UHGV virus genome: UHGV-0010553
Reading direction: 5' to 3' (one strand)
DNA from: a virus
DNA: 40,433 bases
Part shown: piece after piece, positions 7,533-17,278 of the stretch
Numbering within the stretch: position 1 is the first letter of the stretch
Layout: each line of letters begins with the position of its first letter
Notes under the pieces: generated by a model
The model's database searches: none
Told to the model about the DNA's origin: nothing
The model's input: the letters and a program-made list of their open reading frames with translations, nothing else
Program-made: the position numbers and the translations under genes

Positions 7533-7961
7533 ATGAGAATATTTACAGATTCAAGTTTCCACGAAAAAGAAAAGGTAGCAGGCGTAGGGTTGGTAGTCTG
7601 CAAAGGTGAACGCAGAGATTTAATATCCAATTATGTCAGATGTGAGTCAAATAATGAGGGCGAGTTATACGCAGTATATCTCGCCTGCATTTTATCTGGT
7701 GGCGAAAAGTGCGAGATTATAACAGATTCGCAAGTCGCTATCCAATACATAACCAAAGGCGTTGCAGATAAGCCAAGAACAAGAGAGCAATATATCAGAC
7801 ATAAGCGTTGCGAATATTGGTCTTACAAAATACGCATATTCAAAAACATTTCTTTTACCAAGGTCAAAGCCCATACCGGATATTATCAGAAAAATAGTAT
7901 TCACAACACAATGTCGGATATATTGGCCAAAGACGGATTAAGTAAATATCTATCTCGGTAA
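7533..7961 (+). CDS. rnhA: RNase H (type 1)
   Basis: FTDSS...AGVGLV...NNEGELYAVYLAC...IITDSQ...KVKAHTG...NTMSDILAK fit the DEDD catalytic core of RNase HI. Confidence 0.65.
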   Translation: MRIFTDSSFHEKEKVAGVGLVVCKGERRDLISNYVRCESNNEGELYAVYLACILSGGEKCEIITDSQVAIQYITKGVADKPRTREQYIRHKRCEYWSYKIRIFKNISFTKVKAHTGYYQKNSIHNTMSDILAKDGLSKYLSR

Positions 7962-7967
7962 ACTCTC

Positions 7968-8142
7968 TACTTTTTCTTAAAGCTAATTTCAAATATCTGA
8001 CCTTGGACGGCAATCTCAGTTTTTACTTCACGGTCTTTGTACTTGAGAAGATTAGCGCAGATACAAGCAAGAAAATCTGAAATATAAAAATTTTCTTCAT
8101 CCATTAATTTATATAATTTGTTCCAAGATTCTTCTTTACTCA
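7968..8142 (-). CDS. Small hypothetical protein (58 aa, MSKEESWNKLYKLMDEENFY...)
   Basis: ATGAGTAA stop-start overlap with the upstream gene. Confidence 0.3.
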
Positions 8143-8540
8143 TTTTTCAAACTCTTTATTTTTTCTAAAAACTCTCTACTTTTTATGACAGGCTGTTTTT
8201 TATTCCAAAACAAAGAGCAATGGCAATGTCCAAGATAAATAACATCTGCAATACATCTTGCTGAGCCACAAAATCTCTCTGGATTATCAGCATCACAAGG
8301 GCATCGGTGTATATCACCATCTTTGAATAGCATAATCTTTGCCCTGGCTATCTTTTCAAAATTACGGACTTCAAAATCAAATTTACGCTCCATTGTCGCG
8401 GCTTTAGATTCGATTTTCTTCTTCTGTGAGTTGTAAGTATATTTACAATCCCCCGCGCAACAGGTTTCCCTTTGGTCGTTAGTTGTAAACTCTTTTCCAC
8501 AAATTAGACACTTCTTTTTTAGCATATTATACCCTTTCAT
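8136..8540 (-). CDS. Cys-rich zinc-binding protein (CxxC...CC..C; HRCPCD...FCGSARC...GHCHC)
   Basis: Multiple Cys/His clusters; no confident family assignment. Confidence 0.4.
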   Translation of the reverse strand: MKGYNMLKKKCLICGKEFTTNDQRETCCAGDCKYTYNSQKKKIESKAATMERKFDFEVRNFEKIARAKIMLFKDGDIHRCPCDADNPERFCGSARCIADVIYLGHCHCSLFWNKKQPVIKSREFLEKIKSLKNE

Positions 8541-8956
8541 TTAGATATTAGCGCAAAACTTCTAAGAAAGCGAACATTGTTAATCTTTGTTGCTGCTTCT
8601 TTCCTGTCCTGATCATATCGGAATCCTGTGCGCTCATAGGCGCTGAGCTTAATTAAATCAGGTTGTTCTCCGTGCTTAAACTCTCTATTTTCCGCCACCT
8701 TAGCAGAGATTTTATCCGCAATTAAAAGCTCTTCGGGGCGCATCCTCGCAAGATGGTGCAGCCCAGTTGTGTGGTCGATATTGATAGGCTTACAGAAGGT
8801 ATTTACCGAATAACCTAAATTTTTGCAAACTTGGCAATATATTTTTTTTGCTCTGACGGCGTCCCGTGTTCGCCCCCGGTATCCTATACCTAGAGATGTC
8901 TCAACAATATCTTTTATTTTGCCACATTCTTTAAGATTTATTTGAGTCTTATTCAT
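8537..8956 (-). CDS. DNA-binding protein with a DnaA C-terminal domain-like HTH
   Basis: GRTRDAVRAKKIYCQVCKNLGYSVNTFCKPINIDHTTGLHHLARM matches the DnaA domain IV pattern (R.R.....Q..MYL...T..S...IG..F..DHTTV.HA). Confidence 0.45.
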   Translation of the reverse strand: MNKTQINLKECGKIKDIVETSLGIGYRGRTRDAVRAKKIYCQVCKNLGYSVNTFCKPINIDHTTGLHHLARMRPEELLIADKISAKVAENREFKHGEQPDLIKLSAYERTGFRYDQDRKEAATKINNVRFLRSFALISK

Positions 8957-9108
8957 TGCCGGAATCCTTTATTTTTTCTAGAAGTTCATCACAAGAGTTA
9001 TAAAAATCTTGTATGCTTTTATCCATTTCATCAAAAACAGTCGTTTTTTAACCTCTCAGAAGTTTTTTTGTTGTTTGGTGTAGGGCTTATTATAAAAATT
9101 TGATTCCC

Positions 9109-9360
9109 CTACTCAGCGGTTAAATTTTCCGCCCTACCGCTGATGTCTTCAGTAAAGATTAGTTTAAAGTTTCTCATATCGTCGGAAACGTCAACTGCTT
9201 CGAGTTCGCTTAAGTTCTCTATTTTTTTAACAACACCTTCAAAGACTCGCAAGATTCCGTTTTGCTCGTCTGTCAAAAAATAGGCTCTTTTTTTGACACC
9301 CTTTTGAGCTTGGCGGCTTTGATAGTCCGCTATTGCTCTTTTAGTGCTTTCGTAATACAT
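9109..9360 (-). CDS. Hypothetical protein (83 aa)
   Basis: ORF in the minus early operon. Confidence 0.4.
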   Translation of the reverse strand: MYYESTKRAIADYQSRQAQKGVKKRAYFLTDEQNGILRVFEGVVKKIENLSELEAVDVSDDMRNFKLIFTEDISGRAENLTAE

Positions 9361-9389
9361 TGTTTTTAACCCCTTAAATCTCTATTTTT

Positions 9390-9719
9390 TTATTCCATAT
9401 CTTGAACGAGTTTCGCTAAAAGACTAGTTATCTTGTTATTTTCGGCAAAAAGCGAGTAATAAGACTCTAAATCCTGCCCGCCATTTGCCAAATCTTCGGC
9501 GATTTCTTCAAGCGCATCGATTCTGGCTTGGTCTTCGTTGTATTCTGTTTCTTTGCCATAGCAAGCAAAGCCGACTCCGTTGTTATAGTATCCACAATCA
9601 ACCACCTGTGGATTGTAGTCTTCGGGCTTTTCTTCAATAAGCTGTTCGGCTCGTTTTTGCGCCAAATCTTCAACAGCTTTTTTAAATTCGCCATAAAAAT
9701 CGATTAAGTTCTCAATCAT
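9390..9719 (-). CDS. Hypothetical acidic protein (109 aa)
   Basis: ORF; RBS present. Confidence 0.4.
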   Translation of the reverse strand: MIENLIDFYGEFKKAVEDLAQKRAEQLIEEKPEDYNPQVVDCGYYNNGVGFACYGKETEYNEDQARIDALEEIAEDLANGGQDLESYYSLFAENNKITSLLAKLVQDME

Positions 9720-9720
9720 T

Positions 9721-9906
9721 TTAAAAACTCCCTACTTTTTTATAAATGTCTAAAAGTTCGGCGGCGTGGTGAATGTTCGCAATATTTTGTCCGCAACGGT
9801 CAAGCCCCTGCGCTGCCTCTTTTAAGTTGTAGTCTGTGATTAAAAAACCTAAAGTTAAGATAAAGCTGTAAGCAAAAGCAAGCCAAAATGATTTTGATTT
9901 AAGCAT
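9721..9906 (-). CDS. Small membrane or secreted protein (61 aa, hydrophobic N-terminus)
   Basis: SFWLAFAYSFILTLGFLI hydrophobic segment. Confidence 0.4.
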   Translation of the reverse strand: MLKSKSFWLAFAYSFILTLGFLITDYNLKEAAQGLDRCGQNIANIHHAAELLDIYKKVGSF

Positions 9907-9907
9907 T

Positions 9908-10149
9908 TGAGAATCCTTTATTTTTCGTTTAAAATTTCGTTTATTCTTTTAAGTCCAACAGTGCCGCGCTTTGCCTCGTCTAAAATTTTTAAAGCGACTT
10001 CTTCGGTCGGGCACTCAAAGGCTTTCAGGCAACCCGTATAAATGTGGTAATTATCATCTGTTCCAAACTTTGAATCCGGCTGCTATTTTGTCGACAAGTT
10101 CAAGCGTGTATGTCGTGCCAAATCCGTTATCTAGTTCAATTGTTTTCAT
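9908..10149 (-). pseudogene. Interrupted ORF. A 31-codon frame (MKTIELDNGFGTTYTLELVDKIAAGFKVWNR*) with a GAGGT RBS is followed, in the adjacent frame, by a further 47 in-frame codons that have no start codon.
   Basis: Direct translation of the complement of 10149..9908. The frame switch is at ...GTTTGGAACAGATGATAATTAC.... Confidence 0.3.
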
Positions 10150-10179
10150 TTTTTAACCTCCAAAATTAAAAGTTGGCTA

Positions 10180-10440
10180 TCAATCCTTAGTTTCTAAAAT
10201 TGTCGCCCATATTCCTTTGCGCAACATATACTTGTTAGTTGGCAACATTTCCAAAGTTTGGGCATCAAACGACATTTGACAATTGCCCTCAACCGGCCAG
10301 CCCGTAACTTTGTTAATGTTAAAGCGAACAACTAAACGGTTGTTTATTTTTTTAACAGGCAAATCAAAAACACCAAAACTTTGCTTTTCGATGTCGCGTC
10401 CCAATTTCGCCGACACAAACTTGTACATTTCAATCTTCAT
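10180..10440 (-). CDS. Hypothetical protein (86 aa)
   Basis: First gene downstream of the 10496-10524 promoter. Confidence 0.45.
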   Translation of the reverse strand: MKIEMYKFVSAKLGRDIEKQSFGVFDLPVKKINNRLVVRFNINKVTGWPVEGNCQMSFDAQTLEMLPTNKYMLRKGIWATILETKD

Positions 10441-10495
10441 TTCGATTCCTTTCTGATTTTAAGGGCTTGGGCTTTCCTTCCCTCTTTATAGTTTC

Positions 10496-10524
10496 AATAT
10501 AACATAATTTTGTTATAGTGTCAA
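10496..10524 (-). promoter_or_regulatory. Early promoter TTGACA-N17-TATATT, overlapped by the palindrome TATAACA-N6-TGTTATA (10498-10517), a candidate operator
   Basis: Minus strand reads TTGACActataacaaaattatgtTATATT. The inverted repeat is read directly. Confidence 0.5.
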
Positions 10525-10615
10525 CATAAAAAATCAAAAAAAATGCACATTTTAAGAAAAAATATTGATTTTTTTTGTGGATTTGTTAAAATTTATTTAA
10601 AATCAGGGGGTTAAA

Positions 10616-11332
10616 ATGATCGTTGACCTAAAAAAAACACAGCGAATCGAAAAAAAAGAGTATGACCGTCACGGACGGCCGATTCTGAATCCGATTGTCT
10701 TGAACGAGAAGCGTCGAATCGAATCGATTTCGCCGGCAAACCGAACGACAAAGGACAAAATGCGACTGAACAAAATCAAACGTGACGGCGACCACTGCCG
10801 CGCCCAAAACAAGTTCAAGCTCTGCTCGAACAACCCCGAACCCATTGTCGAACTTGAAGATTTGAACAATGCCGCCGAACTTAAAACCGAGGCGCAGGCT
10901 CATCAAGTCATCAATTCAATATATTCCGGCAAGCTGCCGATTGAAGCCATGAATGAAGCGGGCATTTCGCCCAAGTCTTTTTACAGATTTTTAAGAAGAG
11001 GAGAAAACACGGTCCTGCGTTCTGAGTTTTTAAACGCGCGCGAGGTCTTCGCCGAGTACTGCTTGTTCAAACGGCAGCTTCTGGAGGAGCAACTACTCCG
11101 CGGCGTTATAGACAGCTCGACCTATACGACCCTGGCGGCTGATTATAAGTATTTGGCCGCAAAGTTCCACCCCGCGGCATACGGCGACAAACTGAAGCTC
11201 GAAACCGACGTGAAGCACACCGCCCGGTTGGAGGTCTCGCAAACCCGGGTGAAGGCCTTAAATGCGCTTTTATCGGGCAATTTATTGGAAAATCAAACAG
11301 TTACAGCAGATTATGAAGTCTTAGACGGCTAA
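10616..11332 (+). CDS. Terminase small subunit (putative). Its G+C content is markedly higher than the flanking DNA.
   Basis: Position immediately upstream of TerL; HTH-like segment PIEAMNEAGISPKSFYRFLRRGEN. Visibly GC-rich codons, e.g. ccgcggcgttatagacagctcgacctatacgaccctggcggc. Confidence 0.45.
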   Translation: MIVDLKKTQRIEKKEYDRHGRPILNPIVLNEKRRIESISPANRTTKDKMRLNKIKRDGDHCRAQNKFKLCSNNPEPIVELEDLNNAAELKTEAQAHQVINSIYSGKLPIEAMNEAGISPKSFYRFLRRGENTVLRSEFLNAREVFAEYCLFKRQLLEEQLLRGVIDSSTYTTLAADYKYLAAKFHPAAYGDKLKLETDVKHTARLEVSQTRVKALNALLSGNLLENQTVTADYEVLDG

Positions 11333-11334
11333 TT

Positions 11335-11362
11335 TTGTCGCACAACCCGCATTGTGTATAAT
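11335..11362 (+). promoter_or_regulatory. Promoter-like TTGTCG-N16-TATAAT, just after terS
   Basis: ttgtcgcacaacccgcattgtgtataat. Confidence 0.35.
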
Positions 11363-11679
11363 AGCCAAAATAAATTGACAAAACGGATTTTATTGTTTTT
11401 CAACAACTTAAGCAATTTTGGCTTTGTATCGGCTCGGAAAATTTTGATACTAAAATTTGTATAAAAATTGATTTGGACAAAACAAGGGGCGGCGATTCCG
11501 GGAAAAAGCATTCTTTTTTTAGGGTTTTGCTTAATCTCTCTATGACAAATAAAAAATCCCCTATATACTCCCCCTATAACCCCACCCGTCAAGTTTAGGG
11601 AAAGGGTGGTAGAGGTGGTTAGAGAGCGGTATAAAGTTTTTGGAAGGTATGCCCCGAAATTTAGGAAAAGGGACTGAGT

Positions 11680-13143
11680 ATGAACGATAAAATAATAGAG
11701 GCCTTTTTAGCAGACCCTTTGAATGGTCGAATGGCGTTGAGTGCCAGTTTAGGGAACTTTATTAAGTTCTTTCACTGGTATATCTATCATCAAGAGTTTA
11801 TATTCAAAGACTTTCACAAGATGATAGTTAGGAAGTTAGAGGATATAGCGTTTGACAGGGCAGAGAAGAAGAACCTAGTAATCAATATTGCACCACGCTT
11901 CGGAAAGAGTTCGATAATGAAATACTTTTGCGCTTGGAGCTATTTATTAAATCCGGCCAGCAACTGTATTTATACATCGTATTCAGACGATTTGGTAAAC
12001 AACTTTTCAAAGGATATTAGGGATATTATCGAATCTGACGCCTTCAAAACACTGTCAGGGGTTGCATTAAACAAGACAAGGACAAGTTCTGACTATTGGG
12101 CTACAACTTCTGGGGGGGGGTTTAGAGCTGCGCCGCTCGGAGGTAGCCTCACCGGGTTTGGAAGCGGTTGTTCTGGTGATGAATTTGGCGGTTGCACTTT
12201 AATTGACGACCCGTTGAAGGCGTCAAATATCAAATCACAAACGGAAATACAAAACAGTATTGATTATTACCTTAACACTCTGAAAAGCAGGTGTAACAAC
12301 CAAGCAAAGACACCCATAATCCTGATTATGCAAAGATTGGATTTAAACGATTTGACGGGTTACGTCCTCGAAAATGAAAAAGAAGATTGGGATTTGGTGA
12401 AGATTCCTGCTTTAGATGAAGAAACAGGAGTCGCTTTATGGGAAGAGAAGTTTCCGGCTAAAGAATTGTTGAAGTTGAAAGAGCAAGCTCCGCACGTCTA
12501 TTGGGGGCAATATCAGCAAGAACCGATTGTTATAGGCGGTTCGGTGATTAAAACAGAATGGTTTAGGTTTTATAGTAAAACAGAGCCTTATCAGTATCAA
12601 TTATCTTATTTCACAGCTGATACCGCTCAGAAGAAAGGGGAGGCTAACGACTTTACAGTTCTCCAGTTCTGGGCAAAGACTTTTGATAACCGTTTACATT
12701 TGATTGACCAAGTTAGAGGAAAGTTTGACGCTCCGGAGTTAAGAGAGCAGATTCTTCTGTTTTGGAATAAATGGAGAGGTTTTTCTTGTCCGCCTTATGG
12801 GTTCTATATTGAGGATAAATCATCAGGTATCGGAGCTATCCAGGAATTGAAGAAAAGCCATCCGATTCCGATTATCCCCATTTCACGAAACAGATATAAG
12901 GACGATGGCTTGTGGAAAAGTCAAGACAAGTTCTCAAGAGTGATGACGGCAGTTCCCTATCTTGCTAATGGATGGGTCTATTTGCCAAATTCTGAAAAGG
13001 ATGATATAAGTTCAAGTATATTAGCGGAGTGTGCCGCTTTTAAGGCTGATTTAACGGCAAAACACGATGACCAAGTGGATTGTTTGACAGATGCCATAGA
13101 CATAGCCTTTGGAGCGACAGGATTAAGCTCAATCTTTATTTGA
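11680..13143 (+). CDS. Terminase large subunit
   Basis: Walker A VINIAPRFGKSS, Walker B GCTLIDDPLK, a C-terminal RNase H-like nuclease region, 487 aa. Confidence 0.85.
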   Translation: MNDKIIEAFLADPLNGRMALSASLGNFIKFFHWYIYHQEFIFKDFHKMIVRKLEDIAFDRAEKKNLVINIAPRFGKSSIMKYFCAWSYLLNPASNCIYTSYSDDLVNNFSKDIRDIIESDAFKTLSGVALNKTRTSSDYWATTSGGGFRAAPLGGSLTGFGSGCSGDEFGGCTLIDDPLKASNIKSQTEIQNSIDYYLNTLKSRCNNQAKTPIILIMQRLDLNDLTGYVLENEKEDWDLVKIPALDEETGVALWEEKFPAKELLKLKEQAPHVYWGQYQQEPIVIGGSVIKTEWFRFYSKTEPYQYQLSYFTADTAQKKGEANDFTVLQFWAKTFDNRLHLIDQVRGKFDAPELREQILLFWNKWRGFSCPPYGFYIEDKSSGIGAIQELKKSHPIPIIPISRNRYKDDGLWKSQDKFSRVMTAVPYLANGWVYLPNSEKDDISSSILAECAAFKADLTAKHDDQVDCLTDAIDIAFGATGLSSIFI

Positions 13144-13151
13144 GGGGTAGT

Positions 13152-14684
13152 ATGAAAGCAAAGAAAAACAGTTTAGCGGACTTGACGGGTTCGGTTGAAA
13201 ATTGGGGTTTGGCGGCTAATCCGTTCTCTCCTCAAAACTCACGTCTTGATACAATGTTCATAAATACCCGATGGAGTTTGATTTCAAACTATCGCTCTAT
13301 CTTGTCGGAGGCTTATGCGGAATATGGTATTGTTCAGACTCTTGTTGACCAGCCTGTTGCTGATGCTTTTTCTACCGGTTTTAATATTATCTCTGATGAG
13401 CTTGATGATAAACAGAAACGGGTTCTTAATACGTTCATTGAAAGAAACCGAATCGTTCAAGAAATCCAAAAGGCCTGTAACTGGGCAAGATTGTTCGGGG
13501 GTGGCGGACTGGTTATTATGGTAGACCAGAATCCGTCCTCTGAATTAAACTGGAAAGAGATTGGAGAGGATTCCAAACTGGAGTTCAAAGCTGCTGATAT
13601 GTGGGAACTCTATAAAGACCAAACCAACATTTGGAATCCGTGGGAAGATGACCGTCAAGAGTTGATGTATAACTATTATGGGGTTAGATTGAATAGAACC
13701 CGTGTGTTGCCGATTTCTGGTAAAGAAGCTCCTTCGTTTATTCGTCCTCGTTTGAGAGGGTGGGGTATGTCCGAACTTGAAAGGGTTGTCCGCTCGATTA
13801 ACTCTTACTTGAAGAATCAGGACTTGATTTTTGAACTCCTTGACGAGGCAAAGATTGATGTTTACCAGATGAACGGTTTTAATACGGCTATGCTTACTCC
13901 GACCGGAACTAAGACGGCTGAGAAACGTATTCAGATGGCAAACTCTCTCAAGTCCTATCTCAATGCCTTGATTCTTGATACAAACGATAAATACGAGCAG
14001 AAACAGCTGTCGTTTAACGGTTTGAGCGAGATTTTGAACCAAATCAGACAAGGTGTCGCCGCTGATCTTAAAATGCCTATGACCAAGTTATTCGGCGTTT
14101 CTGCGGCTGGATTTAACTCTGGTGAAGACGATATTGAGAACTATAACTCAATGATTGAATCCGAAGTCAGAAGTAAAGTTAAGTTTATTGTTATTCAGGT
14201 TCTTGAGCTATGTTGCCAGAAGCTCTTTGGTTTTGTTCCCAAGGATTTGATGATTGAATTTAAATCTTTAAGGGTTCTGTCGGCTGAGCAGGAAGAAAAT
14301 ATGAAAAACAGCCAGTTTAACAGACTGATTCAGGCGTATGCCAATGGTTTAATCAGTCCTGATAAGTTTATGGTTGCCTGCAACAATCTGAATCTTCTGG
14401 GTGTTACATATACTCAAGATGATATTATGGCTGAATCTGCAACCGGAACAGACAGTATTGGGTTTGAAAAACCGGAAAAAAGGGGCTTTTTAGGTAGAAT
14501 CTTTGGGAAGAAGAACCCTGAACAAGGAAACAAACCGGAATTAGCCAGTGAAGAAGGAAAAGTTAAGGAAGTAGATGTAACTTCTAACAGGTTTACACGT
14601 GCTGACAGAGAAAAAAAACCTCTACCTGACCAAACTTATCCGTATAAAGGAAAACGCAAGACAAGATACATCGAAGCTGGTTGA
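13152..14684 (+). CDS. Portal protein
   Basis: Size (~510 aa) and position after TerL. GAGGGG RBS at the internal ATG (MKAKKNS); the ORF track's upstream extension overlaps terL. Confidence 0.7.
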   Translation: MKAKKNSLADLTGSVENWGLAANPFSPQNSRLDTMFINTRWSLISNYRSILSEAYAEYGIVQTLVDQPVADAFSTGFNIISDELDDKQKRVLNTFIERNRIVQEIQKACNWARLFGGGGLVIMVDQNPSSELNWKEIGEDSKLEFKAADMWELYKDQTNIWNPWEDDRQELMYNYYGVRLNRTRVLPISGKEAPSFIRPRLRGWGMSELERVVRSINSYLKNQDLIFELLDEAKIDVYQMNGFNTAMLTPTGTKTAEKRIQMANSLKSYLNALILDTNDKYEQKQLSFNGLSEILNQIRQGVAADLKMPMTKLFGVSAAGFNSGEDDIENYNSMIESEVRSKVKFIVIQVLELCCQKLFGFVPKDLMIEFKSLRVLSAEQEENMKNSQFNRLIQAYANGLISPDKFMVACNNLNLLGVTYTQDDIMAESATGTDSIGFEKPEKRGFLGRIFGKKNPEQGNKPELASEEGKVKEVDVTSNRFTRADREKKPLPDQTYPYKGKRKTRYIEAG

Positions 14685-14731
14685 TTTGACATTTATTAAC
14701 ACTTGCAATACTCTGATTGTAGAGGAAAAAG

Positions 14732-15733
14732 ATGAATATTTTTAAAAATGAAAAGAGATTTCCGAAAAGATACTATGCTCGTCATATCAAAGAGGGGCTG
14801 GTTCACTATCTCGAAAATGGGCAAGATAATCTTTATTTGGTAACTAACGATGCTCTCAAAAAGATGAATGCGTCTTTTGAAGGTAAACCTCTTTATATTC
14901 GGCACGTTGATAAGGCTGAACCGGATACAGGCGTTGGTTACGTTGTCAAAAGTTTTTATAACGAGTTTGATGGGGCTTGGTGGGCTGAAATTATGGCTAA
15001 TGATGAGGCCCAGAGCTACATTGAAAAGGGTTGGGCAGTATCTAATGCTTATCTCCCAACCGAGTTAGGGTCTGGTGGTTCTTACCACGATATTTCTTAT
15101 TCGAAAGAGATTAAGAACGGCGTGTATAATCATTTGGCTCTAGTTGATAATCCTCGGTATGAGGAGGCTGTAATTATGACACCGGAAGAGTTCAAAAACT
15201 ATAACGATGGCAGAAAGCAGGAATTGGAACAACTTAAAAATTCTAAGGAGAAAGATATGCTTTCAAAAGAAGAAATGGATTCTTTGGTTGAATCCTTGCA
15301 TAATTCTCTCGCCGAAACCATTAAGGAAACAGTTAAAAACGCTGTTTGTGAAAAAATGGAAGAGGACAAGAAAAATGCCGAGGAAGAAGACCACAGAGAA
15401 TTGATTCGTGAGATTGCCGCTATTGCCGCTAAGGACGAGGGCGATTTCGAAGGCGGTATGGAAGAAAAAATCCGCACCATCATTGGTTTGGCTGAAAAAC
15501 TCGGTTATACCAAAGATGAGAAGAAAAAAGATGACAATCCGGCTTCTAAAGGCGATGAAGAGGCTTCGCACGAAAGAGAAGGTGAGATCATCAATGAGGA
15601 AGAAGAAAAGAAAAACAATAAAGGTTTCTTTTCGGCTCTCAAAAATGCTAAAGCCAAGATTGAAGAAAAATACATCCCCACTATGGCTTCGGGTTTGGCT
15701 CTCGGCAATAAACGCTATGGCTCTAGTAAATAG
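14732..15733 (+). CDS. Prohead protease / scaffold-like protein (XkdF/DUF2213-like) with an acidic Lys/Glu-rich C-terminal tail
   Basis: Sits between portal and capsid. Conserved-looking N-domain (GKPLYIRHVD...HLALVDNPRYEEA). The C-terminus is EEKKN/DEKKKDD low-complexity sequence typical of scaffolds. Confidence 0.45.
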   Translation: MNIFKNEKRFPKRYYARHIKEGLVHYLENGQDNLYLVTNDALKKMNASFEGKPLYIRHVDKAEPDTGVGYVVKSFYNEFDGAWWAEIMANDEAQSYIEKGWAVSNAYLPTELGSGGSYHDISYSKEIKNGVYNHLALVDNPRYEEAVIMTPEEFKNYNDGRKQELEQLKNSKEKDMLSKEEMDSLVESLHNSLAETIKETVKNAVCEKMEEDKKNAEEEDHRELIREIAAIAAKDEGDFEGGMEEKIRTIIGLAEKLGYTKDEKKKDDNPASKGDEEASHEREGEIINEEEEKKNNKGFFSALKNAKAKIEEKYIPTMASGLALGNKRYGSSK

Positions 15734-15743
15734 GAGAGAATAA

Positions 15744-16226
15744 ATGGAAAACACTTTTGCTTATCAAATGAATGCGTTTGCTCCTACCAGCGAAATTAAA
15801 GGACGCTTGGATTTGGACGTAAACCTGAACAACTTTGCCGGTGTTGTAGACACTACTCAAGCGTCTGCTCTGTTGCCGGGCGACCCTGTCGTTATCGTTA
15901 CGACTTCTACTGGTTTGCCCCACTTTGCTAAGGCTGCTGTTGGCGGTTTGGTATTCGGTTATGTTAAGTGGTCTGCTAAAAAGGCCTCTTACAAAGCCGG
16001 TGATGCTGTTGAAGTTGCTTGCGGTGGCGATGTAATGTATATGGAAGCCAACGCCGCTACTGACGCGGGTGCTGCTGTAAACATTGCTGATTTGGCTAAT
16101 GTCCGCATTGCCGCTGCTGCTGCTGGTAAATCTGTAATTGGTTACACAATGGAAAAGGCTGGTGCTCAGGGCGATTTGGTTCGTGTCCTCATCGGTGCTC
16201 CTGTTGTTTTGACCGCTAACGCATAA
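15744..16226 (+). CDS. Head decoration or minor capsid protein (putative)
   Basis: Ala/Gly-rich 160-aa protein immediately upstream of the major capsid gene. Confidence 0.35.
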   Translation: MENTFAYQMNAFAPTSEIKGRLDLDVNLNNFAGVVDTTQASALLPGDPVVIVTTSTGLPHFAKAAVGGLVFGYVKWSAKKASYKAGDAVEVACGGDVMYMEANAATDAGAAVNIADLANVRIAAAAAGKSVIGYTMEKAGAQGDLVRVLIGAPVVLTANA

Positions 16227-16238
16227 GGAGAAAAGAAA

Positions 16239-17267
16239 ATGGCTTTAATTATGAATGCACACGGCGAAAAAGTCGCAGCTGAGAGCCTTTTGAACGATGC
16301 TGAATTGTCTGAAGCTGAAATGCTCAGCAACGCTGTTTCTCAGAAGGGTTACAATATTGATGTGACGACTTTGACTGCCGTTCTGAAAACTGTCGCAGAA
16401 CAGAAGTTTTATGAAATCCCGTTTGCCGATTATGTTCCGGTTCGTGTTGGTGAAGGAACGGCTTGGGCTTCTAACATCACCGCTTTCCGTAGCTTCGCTA
16501 CTGGTGGTGATTTCGAGAAGGGCTATATCGACCAGGGTAACAGCGTTCGCTTGTCTACTACTGACGCAGCTGTTGACGCTTTGACTGTTCCGGTTAAAAC
16601 TTGGGCTAAAGAATTATCTTGGTCTTTGCCGGAGATTGCCGAAGCTTCTCGCACTGGTGTTTGGGATATTGTCCAAGCTAAAGAACGTTCTCGGAAATTG
16701 AACTGGGATTTGGGCTTGCAAAAGACTGTATTTTTGGGCTCTAAAGACGGTGTTCTTGAGGGTGCTTTGAATATGTCTGGTGTAACGACCAACACTGCTT
16801 TGATTACAGCTCCATTATCCACAATGACGACTGAACAGCTGAATACTTTTGCTGCTAAAGTTTTGGATGCTTATCAGGCAAACAACAACTACACTGCTTA
16901 TCCTGACTTCTTGTGGGTTCCGCAGTCTGACTACAACGGATTGGCTACTTATACATCGCAGTTTACTCTTAAATCTCGTAAATCCATCTTGGAAGAGGCT
17001 ATTGCTTCCATTACTGGTAAAGAGTTTAAGATTCTGCCGTTGGCTTATGCTATTGCTACTCGTTCTGACGGTAAACTTACTAAAGACCGTTATGTTCTGG
17101 GTCGCTATGACGAGCAGACAGTTCGTTTCGATATTCCGGTTGATTATACTGCTACTGTCGGCAACTCTATTGAAGGCTTCACCTTCCGCAACGTTGCTTA
17201 TGGTCAGCACTCTGGCGTATTGAGTCTGCGTCCTCAAGAGTTCTTCTATATGGATAACAACAACTAA
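16239..17267 (+). CDS. Major capsid protein
   Basis: 342 aa, strong RBS, position after scaffold/decoration and before the connectors. High codon adaptation (many gct/ggt/act codons). Confidence 0.65.
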   Translation: MALIMNAHGEKVAAESLLNDAELSEAEMLSNAVSQKGYNIDVTTLTAVLKTVAEQKFYEIPFADYVPVRVGEGTAWASNITAFRSFATGGDFEKGYIDQGNSVRLSTTDAAVDALTVPVKTWAKELSWSLPEIAEASRTGVWDIVQAKERSRKLNWDLGLQKTVFLGSKDGVLEGALNMSGVTTNTALITAPLSTMTTEQLNTFAAKVLDAYQANNNYTAYPDFLWVPQSDYNGLATYTSQFTLKSRKSILEEAIASITGKEFKILPLAYAIATRSDGKLTKDRYVLGRYDEQTVRFDIPVDYTATVGNSIEGFTFRNVAYGQHSGVLSLRPQEFFYMDNNN

Positions 17268-17278
17268 GGAGATTTGAT

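Noticed and set aside
11329-11592. Minus-strand ORF MTGGVIGGVYRGFFICH... in the terS-terL spacer
   Set aside because: It has no RBS, it overlaps promoter-like and hairpin elements, and its composition is atypical for coding sequence. The spacer is better explained as regulatory or packaging DNA.
13545-14051. 168-aa minus-strand ORF inside the portal gene
   Set aside because: It is antisense to the portal gene and has no start context.
14685-14731. TTGATTTGACA...TACTCT promoter-like sequence before the scaffold gene
   Set aside because: The -10 element is poor. It is more likely read-through from the upstream late operon.
15199-15754. Antisense and alternate-frame ORFs inside the scaffold-like gene
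   Set aside because: They arise from the Lys/Glu-rich low-complexity C-terminal region, which is GAA/AAG-rich DNA open in several frames.
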